Under the pieces are notes generated by a model. The model was not told where the DNA came from. It did no database searches and saw nothing but the letters and a program-made list of their open reading frames with translations. From the NCBI GenBank assembly GCA_963755915.1, contig CAVWLP010000002.1, positions 2,240,001 through 2,304,000 of the forward strand: DNA of 64,000 nt, given 5' to 3'. How positions within the stretch are numbered: position 1 is the stretch's first letter; the number at the start of each line of letters is the position of its first letter. Positions 42,138-52,690 of this stretch are shown here, in pieces. The stretch is from an uncultured Phycisphaerales bacterium (GTDB taxonomy: Bacteria > Planctomycetota > Phycisphaerae > Tepidisphaerales > Tepidisphaeraceae). A program made the position numbers and the translations under genes.

Positions 42138-43802
42138 ATGGACCGCCCTCGCAGCAGCATCGTCACCGAAGGAAATCAGCGCGCCCCGCAGCGGGCCTTC
42201 TTCCGCGCCATGGGCCTCACCGATGAAGAGATCCACCGTCCCTGGGTCGGCGTCGCGAGCACCTGGAACGAGGCCACGCCCTGCAACATCACCCTCGACC
42301 GCCAGGCCAGGGCCGCCGTGCAGGGCGTGAAATCCGCCGGCGGAACGCCGCGCGAATTCGTCACCATCGCCGTCTCGGATGGCATCGCCATGGGCCACGA
42401 GGGAATGAAAGCCTCGCTGGTCTCGCGGGAAATCATCGCCGACTCGGTCGAGCTGATGATGCACGCCCACGGCTACGACGCCCTGGTCGGCCTCGCCGGC
42501 TGCGACAAAAGCCTGCCCGGCATGCTCATGGCCATGGGCCGGCTCAACGTCCCCAGCATCTTCCTTTACGGCGGCACGATCATGCCCGGAAAATTCAAGG
42601 GGCGCGACGTGACCATCCAGGACGTCTACGAAGCCGTCGGCGCCAACTCGGCGGGAAAAATGAGCGACGCCGACCTGTATGAAATGGAATGCGGCGCCTG
42701 CCCCACCGCGGGAAGCTGCGGCGGCCAATTCACCGCCAATACCATGGCCTGCGCCGCCGAGGCGATGGGCATGGCCCTGCCCGGCAGCGGCTCGCCGCCG
42801 GCGATCGAAACCGAGCGCGACGCCTTCGCCGTCTCCTGCGGAAAACAGGTCATGGCCCTGATGGAAAAGAATATCCGCGCCCGCGACGTCATGACCCGCG
42901 AGGCGTTCGAAAACGCCGTCACCATCGCCGCCGCCACCGGTGGCTCCACCAACAGCGCCCTGCACCTCCCGGCCATCGCCCACGAGTGCGGCGTCACGCT
43001 CTCCCTCGAAGACATCGACCGCATCAGCCGCCGAACGCCCGTCATCGCCGATCTCAAACCCTTCGGCAGATATACCGCGTTCGACGTCTATAAGGCCGGC
43101 GGAATCCCGGCGATCTTGCGCGTCCTTCTCGACGAAAAACTCATCCACGGCGATTGCCTCACCTGCACCGGCAGAACCATGGCCGAAAATCTCGCCGGCG
43201 TGCGCCTCAAGTCCGACCAGACCGTGATCCTCCCCGCATCCAAAGCCCTGGAGCGCACCGGCGGCCTGCACATCCTCCGCGGCAATGTCGCCCCCGAAGG
43301 GTGTGTCATCAAAACCGCCGGCGTGAAAAAATTGCAGCATCGCGGCCCTGCCCGCGTTTACGACAGCGAGGAAGCCTGTATGGCCGCCGTCCAGGCCCAG
43401 GAAATCAAGAAGGGCGACAGCGTCATCATCCGCTACGAAGGCCCGCGCGGCGGACCCGGCATGCGCGAAATGCTCGGCGTCACCGCCGCCATCGTCGGCC
43501 AGGGCCTCGGCTACGACGTCTGCCTCATGACCGACGGCCGCTTCAGCGGCGCCACCCGCGGCCTCATGGTCGGACACATCGGCCCCGAAGCCTTCAACGG
43601 CGGCCCCCTCGCCCTCATCCAGAACGGCGACATGATCTCCGTCGACGCCGAAAAAGGGACCATCAACGTCGAGCTGAGCGAAGAAGAACTCGCCAAACGC
43701 AATTCCCGCTGGAAACAGCCGGAGCTGAAATATCCCCGCGGAGCGCTGGCGAAATATGTGAAGCTGGTGGGGCCGGCGTGCTATGGGGCGGTGACGAGCT
43801 GA
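42138..43802 (+). CDS. ilvD: Dihydroxy-acid dehydratase
   Basis: TPCN, SDGIAMGH, GCDKSLPG, GSCGGQFTANTM, GGSTN, GPGMREM, TDGRFSG. Confidence 0.97.
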   Translation: MDRPRSSIVTEGNQRAPQRAFFRAMGLTDEEIHRPWVGVASTWNEATPCNITLDRQARAAVQGVKSAGGTPREFVTIAVSDGIAMGHEGMKASLVSREIIADSVELMMHAHGYDALVGLAGCDKSLPGMLMAMGRLNVPSIFLYGGTIMPGKFKGRDVTIQDVYEAVGANSAGKMSDADLYEMECGACPTAGSCGGQFTANTMACAAEAMGMALPGSGSPPAIETERDAFAVSCGKQVMALMEKNIRARDVMTREAFENAVTIAAATGGSTNSALHLPAIAHECGVTLSLEDIDRISRRTPVIADLKPFGRYTAFDVYKAGGIPAILRVLLDEKLIHGDCLTCTGRTMAENLAGVRLKSDQTVILPASKALERTGGLHILRGNVAPEGCVIKTAGVKKLQHRGPARVYDSEEACMAAVQAQEIKKGDSVIIRYEGPRGGPGMREMLGVTAAIVGQGLGYDVCLMTDGRFSGATRGLMVGHIGPEAFNGGPLALIQNGDMISVDAEKGTINVELSEEELAKRNSRWKQPELKYPRGALAKYVKLVGPACYGAVTS

Positions 43803-43918
43803 GTAATGTCGACGTGCCACGGACCTTTTCGCAATTGGATGATAAGCCATTGAAATCACACAAGTTGTGGCCTATTTCCGACTAGGATAAAATCTATTTG
43901 GTTGATTTTTTGCATCAG

Positions 43919-43939
43919 TGTTGTAATAATCATACAACA
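43919..43939. promoter_or_regulatory. Inverted-repeat operator candidate upstream of the XRE gene
   Basis: TGTTGTA-N7-TACAACA overlapping an AATAAT -10-like hexamer, with TTGATT 17 bp upstream. Confidence 0.5.
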
Positions 43940-43967
43940 GTTTGTCGATGGTTTTGCGGAGACTCCC

Positions 43968-44333
43968 ATGACTTTTGGTGAATTCATCAAGGATAAGCGT
44001 ATCGGGCAAAAGGTCTCCCTTCGGTCATTCTGCGAGTCCAACGGCTATGATCCGGGCAATCATTCCAAGCTTGAACGTGGCATCCTAAATCCGCCCGACG
44101 ATGAATCCTTTATGGATAAGCTGGCAGCTGCGCTACGCCTCGAAAAAGAGACGAGTGACTGGTTTGACTTTCATAACTTCGCAGCCGTCGCACGCAAGCA
44201 AATCCCGAAAGATTTGCTCGACGATAGGGAAGTAGCGGAGAAATTGCCCGTCCTGTTTAGGACACTTCAGGGCGAGCCTTTGCCCGCGGAAAAGATGGAC
44301 GAACTGATCGACTTCATTCGTCGTCGCCGCTAG
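43968..44333 (+). CDS. XRE-family HTH transcriptional regulator
   Basis: MTFGEFIKDKR...SLRSFC...DPGNHSKLERGILNPP. Confidence 0.85.
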   Translation: MTFGEFIKDKRIGQKVSLRSFCESNGYDPGNHSKLERGILNPPDDESFMDKLAAALRLEKETSDWFDFHNFAAVARKQIPKDLLDDREVAEKLPVLFRTLQGEPLPAEKMDELIDFIRRRR

Positions 44334-44343
44334 ACTCCGCCTG

Positions 44344-44943
44344 ATGCCAATTGAGATTCCGGATCTCAGCTTCCGGGCTATAGCCGTGGCCTCTGAAAAG
44401 TGCCTGTACGATCACCACCCCACAAAAGAAGTTCCGGTGCCCATTGAGGACATTGTGGATGTGGGATATCGAATCGACCTTGTGGAAGAGCCCGAACTTT
44501 AAGCGAGGTTTTCAACCCTTGCATTCATTACACATGACCTGAAGGAGATTCGGGTCGATAAGACTGTGTACAGCAAACAGCCATATCGTCTGCGGTTTAG
44601 CCTTACGCACGAGTTGGGACATTTAATATTGCACGAAAGCGTTTATAGAAACTTGGCGTTTAGGAGTTCCCAGCAATGGCGTCAGTGCATGACGGATCTT
44701 GGAAAGGCTGATTACGACAAGCTGGAGTGGCAGGCCGATACTTTTGGTAGGCTGCTCCTTGTTCCATCCGAAAAAATTCAAGAGGAATTTGCCAGGATTC
44801 GGTCGGCGCTTTCCAGCGCCAGGACCACGTTTAAACAATTGAATCCAAGCAGCTAGGATTATGCGGTTAAAGCCTTGGCGAAAAGCTTCGGTGTCTCAAC
44901 GGGCACAATTTGGTACCGAATGCGGGACGAAGGGTTGATCTGA
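44344..44943 (+). pseudogene. ImmA/IrrE-family metallopeptidase with two in-frame stops
   Basis: One frame from ATG 44344: VPVPIEDI, RLRFSLTHELGH, LEWQADTF, LAKSFGVS; TAA at 44500 and TAG at 44854. Confidence 0.8.
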
Positions 44944-44964
44944 ATCCACGACAGGAGCCCACCT

Positions 44965-45994
44965 ATGGCCCAGCAGCAGTCCTCCAATGACCAGCCCCCA
45001 AATCCCCAGCGCATCTTCCAACTGGCATTCGGCTATTCCGCACCCCTGATTCTAGAAACCGCAATCGAGCACAAAATCTTCGATGTTCTCGACATAGGCC
45101 CCAAGACCCCCGAAGAAGTCGCTAAAGCCACAAAAATTTCTTCGCGCAGGCGCGAATCCTCCTCAACGGCCTGCTCGCCATCGAAATGGTCACGAAGGAC
45201 AAGAGCAACAAATACGCCCTCACGCCCGAAAGCTCGCAATTTCTCGTCAGCGGCAAGGAGAGCTATTTCGGCGGAATGCTCCGCCACACCGGCAAACAGC
45301 TTCTCCCCAAGTGGATGCAACTCACCCAGATCGTCAAGACCGGCAAGCCCGCGCAGGCCGTTAACCAGGAGGGCGACGGCTCCGCATTCTTCGCCGAATT
45401 TGTCGAATCGATTTTCCCCAACAGCTATCCCGCCGCCTCGGCTCTCGCAGAGCACCTCAATGTTGCCGCGGCGAAAAAGCCCGTGAAGGTCCTCGACCTC
45501 GCCGCCGGCTCCGGCGTGTGGGGCATCGCCCTGGCCCAGAAATCCCCCAAGGTTCAGGTCACCGCCGTCGACTGGCCCGGCGTTCTGCCCGTCACCAAAA
45601 AAGTCGCGACCCGCTTCAAGGTCGCCGATCGTTTCACCTTCTCCCCCGGCGATCTGACTTCTGCCGATTTCGGCTCGGGCCATAACATCGCCACCCTCGG
45701 CCACATCCTTCACAGCGAAGGCGAAAAACGCAGCCGCGCCTGCTCAAAAAAACTTTCTCCGCCCTCGCGTCCGGGGGCACCATCGCCATCGCCGAAATGG
45801 TCCCCGACGACGACCGCACCGGCCCGGCACACGCCCTGATCTTTTCGGTCAACATGCTTGTGAACACCGATGAGGGAGACACCTTCACCTTCCCCGAAAT
45901 CTCCGCCTGGCTGAAAGAAGCCGGATTCACCTCGCCGCGGAAGCTGGAATCGCCCGGTCCCTCGCCGCTGATTTTGGCGACGAAGCCCGGATAA
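44965..45994 (+). CDS. SAM-dependent O-methyltransferase with dimerisation domain, frameshifted
   Basis: N-terminal wHTH dimerisation segment, VLDLAAGSG, LGHILH, NMLVNTDEGDTF. Confidence 0.85.
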
Positions 45995-46002
45995 TCATTT
46001 AT

Positions 46003-46125
46003 TGCCACAGATATAAATCAGATGCACACAGATGAGCCGACTTTGTTTCTTATCTGTGTCCATCTGATTGAAATCTGTGGCCAAAATTGAATTTCTTATC
46101 CGTGCCCATCCGCGAAATCCGTGGT
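46003..46125. repeat. REP-like palindromes, family B
   Basis: GCCACAGAT...ATCTGTGGC inverted repeat plus a half-copy of the 24643 element. Confidence 0.65.
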
Positions 46126-46154
46126 CTCTCCCGCTTTGTTTCGGACCGAGCAGG

Positions 46155-46672
46155 TCACTTCCGATTCCGATGCCGAGCCGTTCGCCCCGTTGCAAAAAAA
46201 TAAGCAGTCACCGGCCCGTCTCCGCACTTCATGGCTTTGGTCTCAAATCGCCCGGGGGTATACCGCCTGATCACCTTTCGCCAGAAAACCGCGGCCGGCT
46301 GATTGTCTTTCAGAAGATCCACCTGCCATCGCCCCGGGAAGCGATCGAAAAATTGCCGGGCAATGCGCTCCCCCACGCCGCGATGGCGGAATTTCCTGAG
46401 CACAAAAAAATCCGTGAAGGAATAATCGACGGACGGCCCATGGCCGCCTTCCAGGAGCAGCACAAACCCCGCCGGCTCGCGCCGGCGCGGAGAATGAACG
46501 CCTGTTTATCCGCATCCGACCAGTACTTTTCCATTCCGTCGCACCCGTCGTGACGCCCGTCCGGCTTCGTCGCCCAGCCCATAAATTCGGACATATCGTA
46601 GATGTAGTACGGGACGAGATTTTTCACGATCGGGAGATCGGAGGGTTTGGCTTTGTGAAGGGTTACTTTCAT
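46155..46672 (-). CDS. GNAT-family acetyltransferase, frameshifted
   Basis: NLVPYYIYDMSEF; DFFVLRKFRHRGVG; NQPAAVFWRKVI. Confidence 0.85.
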
Positions 46673-46832
46673 CCAACGAGCAAGGATACGCCGGACCAAT
46701 ATCAGAGGCGAGGAAATGCCCGAGCCCCGTTCGCCTTCGGTCAATTCGTCTGCATTTGATTTAAATATATGTCAAAACCTGTATTTCTTCGCGCTCTTCG
46801 CGGTTATCATCTTAATCAGATTGCCCATCCCG

Positions 46833-46865
46833 CCCAGTTTGTTGCGGAGTGTTACCTTTTGTACC
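46833..46865. repeat. 33-bp intergenic element, copy 2
   Basis: cccagtttgttgcggagtgttaccttttgtacc. Confidence 0.8.
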
Positions 46866-46900
46866 GCATGCCCCAAACCAAAAATCGCACGGCACGCCAA

Positions 46901-47509
46901 CTAAAAATATTCTCCCACGCTTTCGCGCAACCGTCGCCTTCCCTGAAACACATGCCACTTCACCGCTTCAACACTGCATTGCATCGTGTGCGCAACCTGC
47001 TTCTGCGGAATCTCATCGATCGAGAAGAGCCGCAGCGCTGTCTGCTGTTTCGACGGCAGCCGCTCCATCGCGCAGCCGAGAATCTGCCCCATCTCGACGC
47101 TCTCCAGAACATGCAGCGGATCACCCGAAGGATCGGACGATGGCAAAAGATCATCCAGCGGCATTGGCCCAGGCGACTTGCGCGATCGGCGGAAATTCAG
47201 CGAAAGATTCGACACAATCCGCATCAGCCATCCGCCAAAGGCTTCCGCATGATTCAGCGTGTGTAGATTGGAAAAGGCCTTCAGGAACGCATCCTGCGTA
47301 ACGTCCATTGCATCGTGAAGATTGCCCAGGAGCCGATAAGCGACGGCCATCGCCTGCCGCTGGTAGCGGAGAATCAGCTCATCAAACGCCGACCGGAAGC
47401 CGTCCAACGTCTTGTGGACAAGGTGTCCGTCAGTAGGGAGCGTCTGGCGTGAAATTGAATCCAATGCTGCCACGATAAGGGACGCGATCAAATGGAGATA
47501 TGGCCGCAA
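46901..47509 (-). CDS. ECF sigma-70 factor
   Basis: AFDELILRYQ, DVTQDAFLKAF, WLMRIVSN, region 4 VKWHVFQGRRRL. Confidence 0.88.
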   Translation of the reverse strand: MRPYLHLIASLIVAALDSISRQTLPTDGHLVHKTLDGFRSAFDELILRYQRQAMAVAYRLLGNLHDAMDVTQDAFLKAFSNLHTLNHAEAFGGWLMRIVSNLSLNFRRSRKSPGPMPLDDLLPSSDPSGDPLHVLESVEMGQILGCAMERLPSKQQTALRLFSIDEIPQKQVAHTMQCSVEAVKWHVFQGRRRLRESVGEYF

Positions 47510-47538
47510 CGGTTATGGAATACAGGCGGGTTTTATAA

Positions 47539-48348
47539 TCAGGCGGGCGATATCAGGATCTGGCAATATTCCGCGATCGATTTAGCGATCGCCTCCGGCG
47601 AAGCCGAAGCATTTTCCCCCATGCGCTTGACGATCGCGCTCCCGACAATCGCCCCATCGGCTACGCCGCTCAGCGCCTTCATGTGCGCTGGCTTCGATAT
47701 CCCAAACCCCACGCAGATCGGCCGTTTTGTAAAGCCCTTAAGCTGCCGCACATTGTCGGCCAGATCGGACGGAAGCTGATCCCGCGCCCCGGTGATTCCG
47801 CTAACTGAGAGATAATAAACAAACCCCGAGCAAAGCTCGGCGATTTCCGCACGTCGCTGCGGCGTGGTGGTCGGCGCGATCAGAAGAATCGTGTCCAAAC
47901 CCGCGGCGCGAATCTGTCCGCAAATTTTGTTCGCCTCCGGCGGCGGCAGATCAGGAATGATGAGTCCCGCAAACCCCGCCGACTTCGCCTCGGCGAAAAA
48001 TTTCTCCGGCCCGTGCCGAAAAACGATGCTAAAACTGAGCATCGCCACCAGCGGCGTCGAAATCACCGTCGCGAGCTTCCGCGTCATCGCAAAGACGTCC
48101 GCGACCTTGATCTTATGCGCCAGCGCCTCGGTAAACGCCTGCTGGATCACCGGCCCATCTGCAATCGGATCCGAAAACGGAAAACCAATTTCAATCGCCG
48201 CCGGTCGAACCGCATCGAGTGCCTTCAACGTCGCGGCGGTCGTTTCGATGTTTGGATACCCCGCGGGAACAAACGGCACCAGCCCGATCCGGCCGTGCAG
48301 GTCGGCGAAGGATTGGGCGATTGTTGCGGGCGCTTTTGGCATTGGCAT
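47539..48348 (-). CDS. trpA: Tryptophan synthase alpha chain
   Basis: EIGFPFSDPIADGPVIQ, IIPDLP, VSGITG, VGFGIS, GAIVGSA. Confidence 0.96.
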   Translation of the reverse strand: MPMPKAPATIAQSFADLHGRIGLVPFVPAGYPNIETTAATLKALDAVRPAAIEIGFPFSDPIADGPVIQQAFTEALAHKIKVADVFAMTRKLATVISTPLVAMLSFSIVFRHGPEKFFAEAKSAGFAGLIIPDLPPPEANKICGQIRAAGLDTILLIAPTTTPQRRAEIAELCSGFVYYLSVSGITGARDQLPSDLADNVRQLKGFTKRPICVGFGISKPAHMKALSGVADGAIVGSAIVKRMGENASASPEAIAKSIAEYCQILISPA

Positions 48349-48581
48349 CCGGGGACGAGTGAGGGGATGATAAGCGTCGAGGATGAGTCGTCAAGCGATG
48401 GAAAAATCGGCGATCCGATTGCCGGCCGCGCTGGCAGTGGCGCTGGTTTGCACGGGATTGATTGTTGAAGCGATCGTCACAGCCGTCGAAGCGCGGGCCA
48501 ATGGGGATTTGATGGTAGATGCGGCGCCGATTCTCGGTGCGGTTTTTCTGTCGGTGCCGACGGGGCAGGCGTGGTGGTTTG

Positions 48582-49782
48582 TCATTTCCCGATCAATCGG
48601 GCGACTTCCTGGCAATCCTTATCGCCGCGGCCGCTAAGGTTGACGATGACGATCTTGTCTTTGCCGAGGCGCGGGGCGAGCTCGTTGAGATAGGCGAAGG
48701 CGTGGGCGGATTCGAGGGCGGGGAGAATTCCTTCGAGCTGGGCGACCAATTGGAAAGCCTCAAGGGCCTGCGCGTCGGTGATGGTGACGTATTTCACCCG
48801 GCCGGAATCTTTCCAGAAGGCGTGTTCGGGACCGACGCCCGGATAATCGAGGCCGGCGGAGACGCTGTGGACGTCGGCGGTTTGGCCGTCGTCGTCCTGG
48901 AGGACGTAGGAGAGGGAGCCGTGGAGGACGCCGGGCCGGCCGGCGGTGAGAGAGGCGGCGTGCTGGCCGAGCGCGGAGCCGCGGCCGCCGGCTTCGATGC
49001 CGATGAGCTGAACTTCGCTATCGGCGGCGAAGGGGGCGAAGATACCGGCGGCGTTGGAGCCGCCGCCGACGCAGGCGAGGACGTAATCGGGGAGGCGGTG
49101 TTCGATTTCGAGGCACTGGGCGCGGGTCTCGCGTCCGATGATGGATTGGAAATCGCGGACCATCATGGGGAAGGGGTGCGGGCCGACGACGCTGCCGATG
49201 ATGTAGTGCGTGTCGGTCGACGGAGCCCATCCAGTCGCGCATGGCTTCGTTGGTCGCGTCCTTAAGTGTTTTGCTGCCGCTGGTGACTTCGATGACGTTT
49301 GCGCCGATGAGGCGCATGCGGAAGACGTTGAGGGATTGGCGGCGGATGTCCTCGGAGCCCATAAAGACGTCGCATTTCAGGCCGAAGAGGGCGGCTGCCG
49401 TGGCGGTGGCGACGCCGTGCTGGCCGGCGCCGGTTTCGGCGATGACGCGCTTTTTGCCCATGCGGAGGGTGAGCAGGGCCTGGCCGATGGTGTTGTTGAT
49501 CTTGTGGGCGCCGGTGTGGTTGAGGTCTTCGCGTTTGAGGTAGATTGCGGGGCCTTTGAAGTGCTCGGTGAGGCGGCGGGCGAAATAGAGTCGCGTGGGG
49601 CGGCCGACGAAATCGCGGAGGTAGTAGTCGAGATCTTTTTGGAATTCGGGGTCGGATTTGGCGCGGGCGTATTCGGATTCGAGCTGTCCGAGCGCGGCGA
49701 TGAGGGTTTCGGGGACGAAGACGCCGCCGTAGGGGCCGAAATGGCCAGTGGGGTCGGGGAGGGTGGTGGCAGTCGGGATCAT
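48582..49782 (-). CDS. trpB: Tryptophan synthase beta chain, frameshifted
   Basis: [64 protein letters not shown]. Confidence 0.95.
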
Positions 49783-49853
49783 CGCTGGTAATGGTAAGGG
49801 TATCGCCGCTAGGCGGCAATTGGCTTATTATTGGATGCAAAGGAGAAACAGGC

Positions 49854-50879
49854 ATGGCTCGTGCGGTTACTTTGTTTACAGGTCAATGGGCGGATTTGTC
49901 GTTTGAGGCGGTTTGCGAGAAGGCGAAGAAGTTTGGGTATGACGGGATTGAGTTGGCGTGCTGGGGGGATCATTTTGATGTGAAGGCGGCGCTGGAGGAC
50001 AAGAATTATTGCAAGGGGAGATGGGAGATTTTGCGGCGGCATGGGCTGAAGGCGTTTGCGATCAGCGCGCATCTCGTCGGGCAGGCGGTATGCGATCTGA
50101 TTGACGAGCGGCACAAGTCGATTTTGCCGCCGGAGGTTTGGGGGGATGGGGAACCGGAGGGAGTGCGGAAGCGTGCGGCGAAGCGGATGATCGAGACGGC
50201 CAAGGCGTGCCGGAAGTTTATCGATGCGGCGCCGGAGCCGACGGGGTTTCCGGCAGTGGTCAACGGGTTTACGGGGTCGAGCATCTGGCACAGCATTTAT
50301 GCGTTTCCGCCGACGGATCAGAAGTATTGGAACAAGGGGTTTGAGGATTTTGGGAAACGATGGACGCCGATTCTGGATGCGTTTGACAAGGCGGATGTGA
50401 ATTTCGGACTGGAGGTGCATCCAACGGAGATCGCGTTTGATATTGCCAGCGCGGCCCGGGCCATCGATGCGGTGAAGGGGCACAAGCGGTTTGGGTTTAA
50501 TTTCGATCCGTCGCACCTGGGATATCAGGGGGTGGATTATGTGAAATTCATCCGGACGTTTGGCCTGCGGATTTATCATGTGCACATGAAGGATGCGTGG
50601 TGGGGGCATGGGGATGGGACGGTTGGGGTGTTCGGCGGGCATACTTCGTTTGCAGATGCGCGGCGGTACTGGGATTTCCGGAGCCTGGGGCATGGGGATG
50701 TGAATTTTGAGGAGATCATCGTGGCGCTGAATGATGTGAGGTATCGCGGGCCGCTGAGCGTGGAATGGGAGGATAGCCGGATGGACCGGGAGCACGGGGC
50801 GACGGAGGCGGCGGCGTTTGTGAAGCGGGTCGATTTTGCGCCGTCGGCGATTGCATTTGATGCACAGTTTGACCGGTGA
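49854..50879 (+). CDS. Sugar phosphate isomerase/epimerase (xylose isomerase-like TIM barrel)
   Basis: [35 protein letters not shown]. Confidence 0.9.
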   Translation: MARAVTLFTGQWADLSFEAVCEKAKKFGYDGIELACWGDHFDVKAALEDKNYCKGRWEILRRHGLKAFAISAHLVGQAVCDLIDERHKSILPPEVWGDGEPEGVRKRAAKRMIETAKACRKFIDAAPEPTGFPAVVNGFTGSSIWHSIYAFPPTDQKYWNKGFEDFGKRWTPILDAFDKADVNFGLEVHPTEIAFDIASAARAIDAVKGHKRFGFNFDPSHLGYQGVDYVKFIRTFGLRIYHVHMKDAWWGHGDGTVGVFGGHTSFADARRYWDFRSLGHGDVNFEEIIVALNDVRYRGPLSVEWEDSRMDREHGATEAAAFVKRVDFAPSAIAFDAQFDR

Positions 50880-50885
50880 AGATCG

Positions 50886-51131
50886 ATGAAGATTCGGCTG
50901 AAAATGTTTGCGATATTGCGGGAGAGGAGCGGGGTATCGGAGACGGAACTGGAGCTGGAGGAAGGGGCGACGGTCGCCGATGCGGTGAGGGCGGTGGGGA
51001 AGAGATTTTCGGAGGTTGCGAGTTTGTTGCCGCGCACGGCGGCGGCGGTGAATCTGGATTATGCGAAGGCGAGCGACCAGTTGCATGAGGGGGATGAATT
51101 GGCGCTGGTGCCGCCGGTGAGCGGGGGGTGA
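50886..51131 (+). CDS. moaD: Molybdopterin converting factor small subunit
   Basis: Ubiquitin-like, ends LVPPVSGG. Confidence 0.92.
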   Translation: MKIRLKMFAILRERSGVSETELELEEGATVADAVRAVGKRFSEVASLLPRTAAAVNLDYAKASDQLHEGDELALVPPVSGG

Positions 51132-51135
51132 ACCA

Positions 51136-52071
51136 ATGACGATTCGGGAATTGGAAGAGCGGGATACGGGGGCGTGGCTGGAGATGCGGCGTGCGCTGTG
51201 GCCGGAGGCGCCTGCGGAGGAGCTGGAAGAGGATGTGAAGCCGTATTGGTCGCAGAGGGTGATTCAGGGGTTGCCGACAGTGGTGCTTCTCGCGGAGAAG
51301 GAGGGGAAGCCGGTGGGGTTTGCGGAGGTTACGTTGCGGCCAATGGCGGCGGGGTGCGTGACGAGTCCGGTGGGATATCTGGAAGCGTGGTATGTCGCGG
51401 CGGAATTTCGCCGGCAGGGAATTGGTGGGGCGCTCGTGAAGGTGGGGGAGCAGTGGGCGCGGTCGAAGGGGTGCCAGGAGTTTGCGTCAGATTGCTATGT
51501 GAGCAACGATGCGAGTCGTGCGGGGCATGGGCGTTTGGGGTTCTTGACGAATGAGCGGGTGCTTACATTTCGAAAGCAGCTCGAGGAGCGGCCGCGCGGG
51601 GCGATCGATTTTATTGGCGTTGTGGCGTTTGAGATTTCAACCGCGGTTGCGGTGGAACTGGTGAGCGATGGGGCGGCGGGGGGAATCGCGGTGTTTTTGG
51701 GGACGACGCGGGAGGATCGGAATTCTGAGGGGCGGGCGCTGAAGGCGCTGGATTATGAGGCATACCCGGAGATGGCGGAGCGGCAGTTGCGGGATTTGGC
51801 GCGGCAGGCGCGGGAGAAATGGCCGATCGTCAAGCTGGTGATTCTGCATCGGGTGGGGCGGGTGGGATTGGGGCAGCCTTCGGTGCTGATTGCGGTTTCG
51901 ACGCCACATCGTGCGGAGGCGTTTGAGGCGTGCGAATTTTTGATCGATCGGCTGAAAGCGGACGTGGCGATTTGGAAGAAAGAAGTGTGGGAGGATGGGA
52001 GTGTGAGCTGGGGAGCGGGGATGAGCGGCGAGCAAGCTCGCCGGCTACACGGGGAGAATGGCGGCGATTGA
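51136..52071 (+). CDS. moaE: GNAT (AAC(6')-I-like) fused to molybdopterin synthase large subunit
   Basis: N-half WLEMRRALWP, VGYLEAWYV, RRQGIG, EFASDC; C-half GGIAVFLGTTR, LDYEAY, HRVG, PHRAEAF, IWKKE. Confidence 0.85.
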   Translation: MTIRELEERDTGAWLEMRRALWPEAPAEELEEDVKPYWSQRVIQGLPTVVLLAEKEGKPVGFAEVTLRPMAAGCVTSPVGYLEAWYVAAEFRRQGIGGALVKVGEQWARSKGCQEFASDCYVSNDASRAGHGRLGFLTNERVLTFRKQLEERPRGAIDFIGVVAFEISTAVAVELVSDGAAGGIAVFLGTTREDRNSEGRALKALDYEAYPEMAERQLRDLARQAREKWPIVKLVILHRVGRVGLGQPSVLIAVSTPHRAEAFEACEFLIDRLKADVAIWKKEVWEDGSVSWGAGMSGEQARRLHGENGGD

Positions 52072-52681
52072 CTTTATTTTTGGGGCACCTACCCTTCGGA
52101 GCATGTTATTTCAGCTCGTACAGACGGTGTATTGGCTTGCACTGTCGACGTGGTTTGGCGGGGCGATGTTTATCGGGGTGGCGGCAGGGGCGATTCATCG
52201 GACGGTGCGGGAGAATAAGCCGGTGCTGCCGCATGTGCTGAGCGTGAATCTTGAGGATCAGCATTCGACGTTATTGGCGGGATCCATCGTAGGAAATCTG
52301 ATTTCGCTGCTGACCAGGATTGAGATTGTCTGCGCGGGAGTTTTGCTTATTGCGATTGCGGCGCAGTGGTTTCAGATCGACCTCTCGGACAACTGGGTGA
52401 AGATGTCGGCGTTTTTGCGGACGGCGCTTTACCTGGCGGCGACCGGAGTGGTGATTTATGACGGATGGATCTTGTGGCCAAAGATCATGAAAGCGCGGCA
52501 GGCGTTTATCGCCGACGCAGATGACCCGGACAAGGCTAACCCGATCAACGAACAATTGGAGCGGCTTCAGCGGGAAAGCGAAACGCTGCTGATGATCCTG
52601 GTGTTTTTGCTGCTGGGGATCATCCTGTTCAGCGGCGATATAAGTCAGCGGATTTCGATCACAATCCGCAGCGGGGGGTAG
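52058..52681 (+). CDS. DUF4149-like membrane protein
   Basis: Four TM helices, LSTWFGGAMF. Confidence 0.65.
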   Translation: MAAIDFIFGAPTLRSMLFQLVQTVYWLALSTWFGGAMFIGVAAGAIHRTVRENKPVLPHVLSVNLEDQHSTLLAGSIVGNLISLLTRIEIVCAGVLLIAIAAQWFQIDLSDNWVKMSAFLRTALYLAATGVVIYDGWILWPKIMKARQAFIADADDPDKANPINEQLERLQRESETLLMILVFLLLGIILFSGDISQRISITIRSGG

Positions 52682-52690
52682 ACGATCGGC

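Noticed and set aside
48383-48637. Small ORFs between trpB and trpA on either strand
   Set aside because: No recognisable motif; they overlap trpB and cannot be distinguished from spurious frames.
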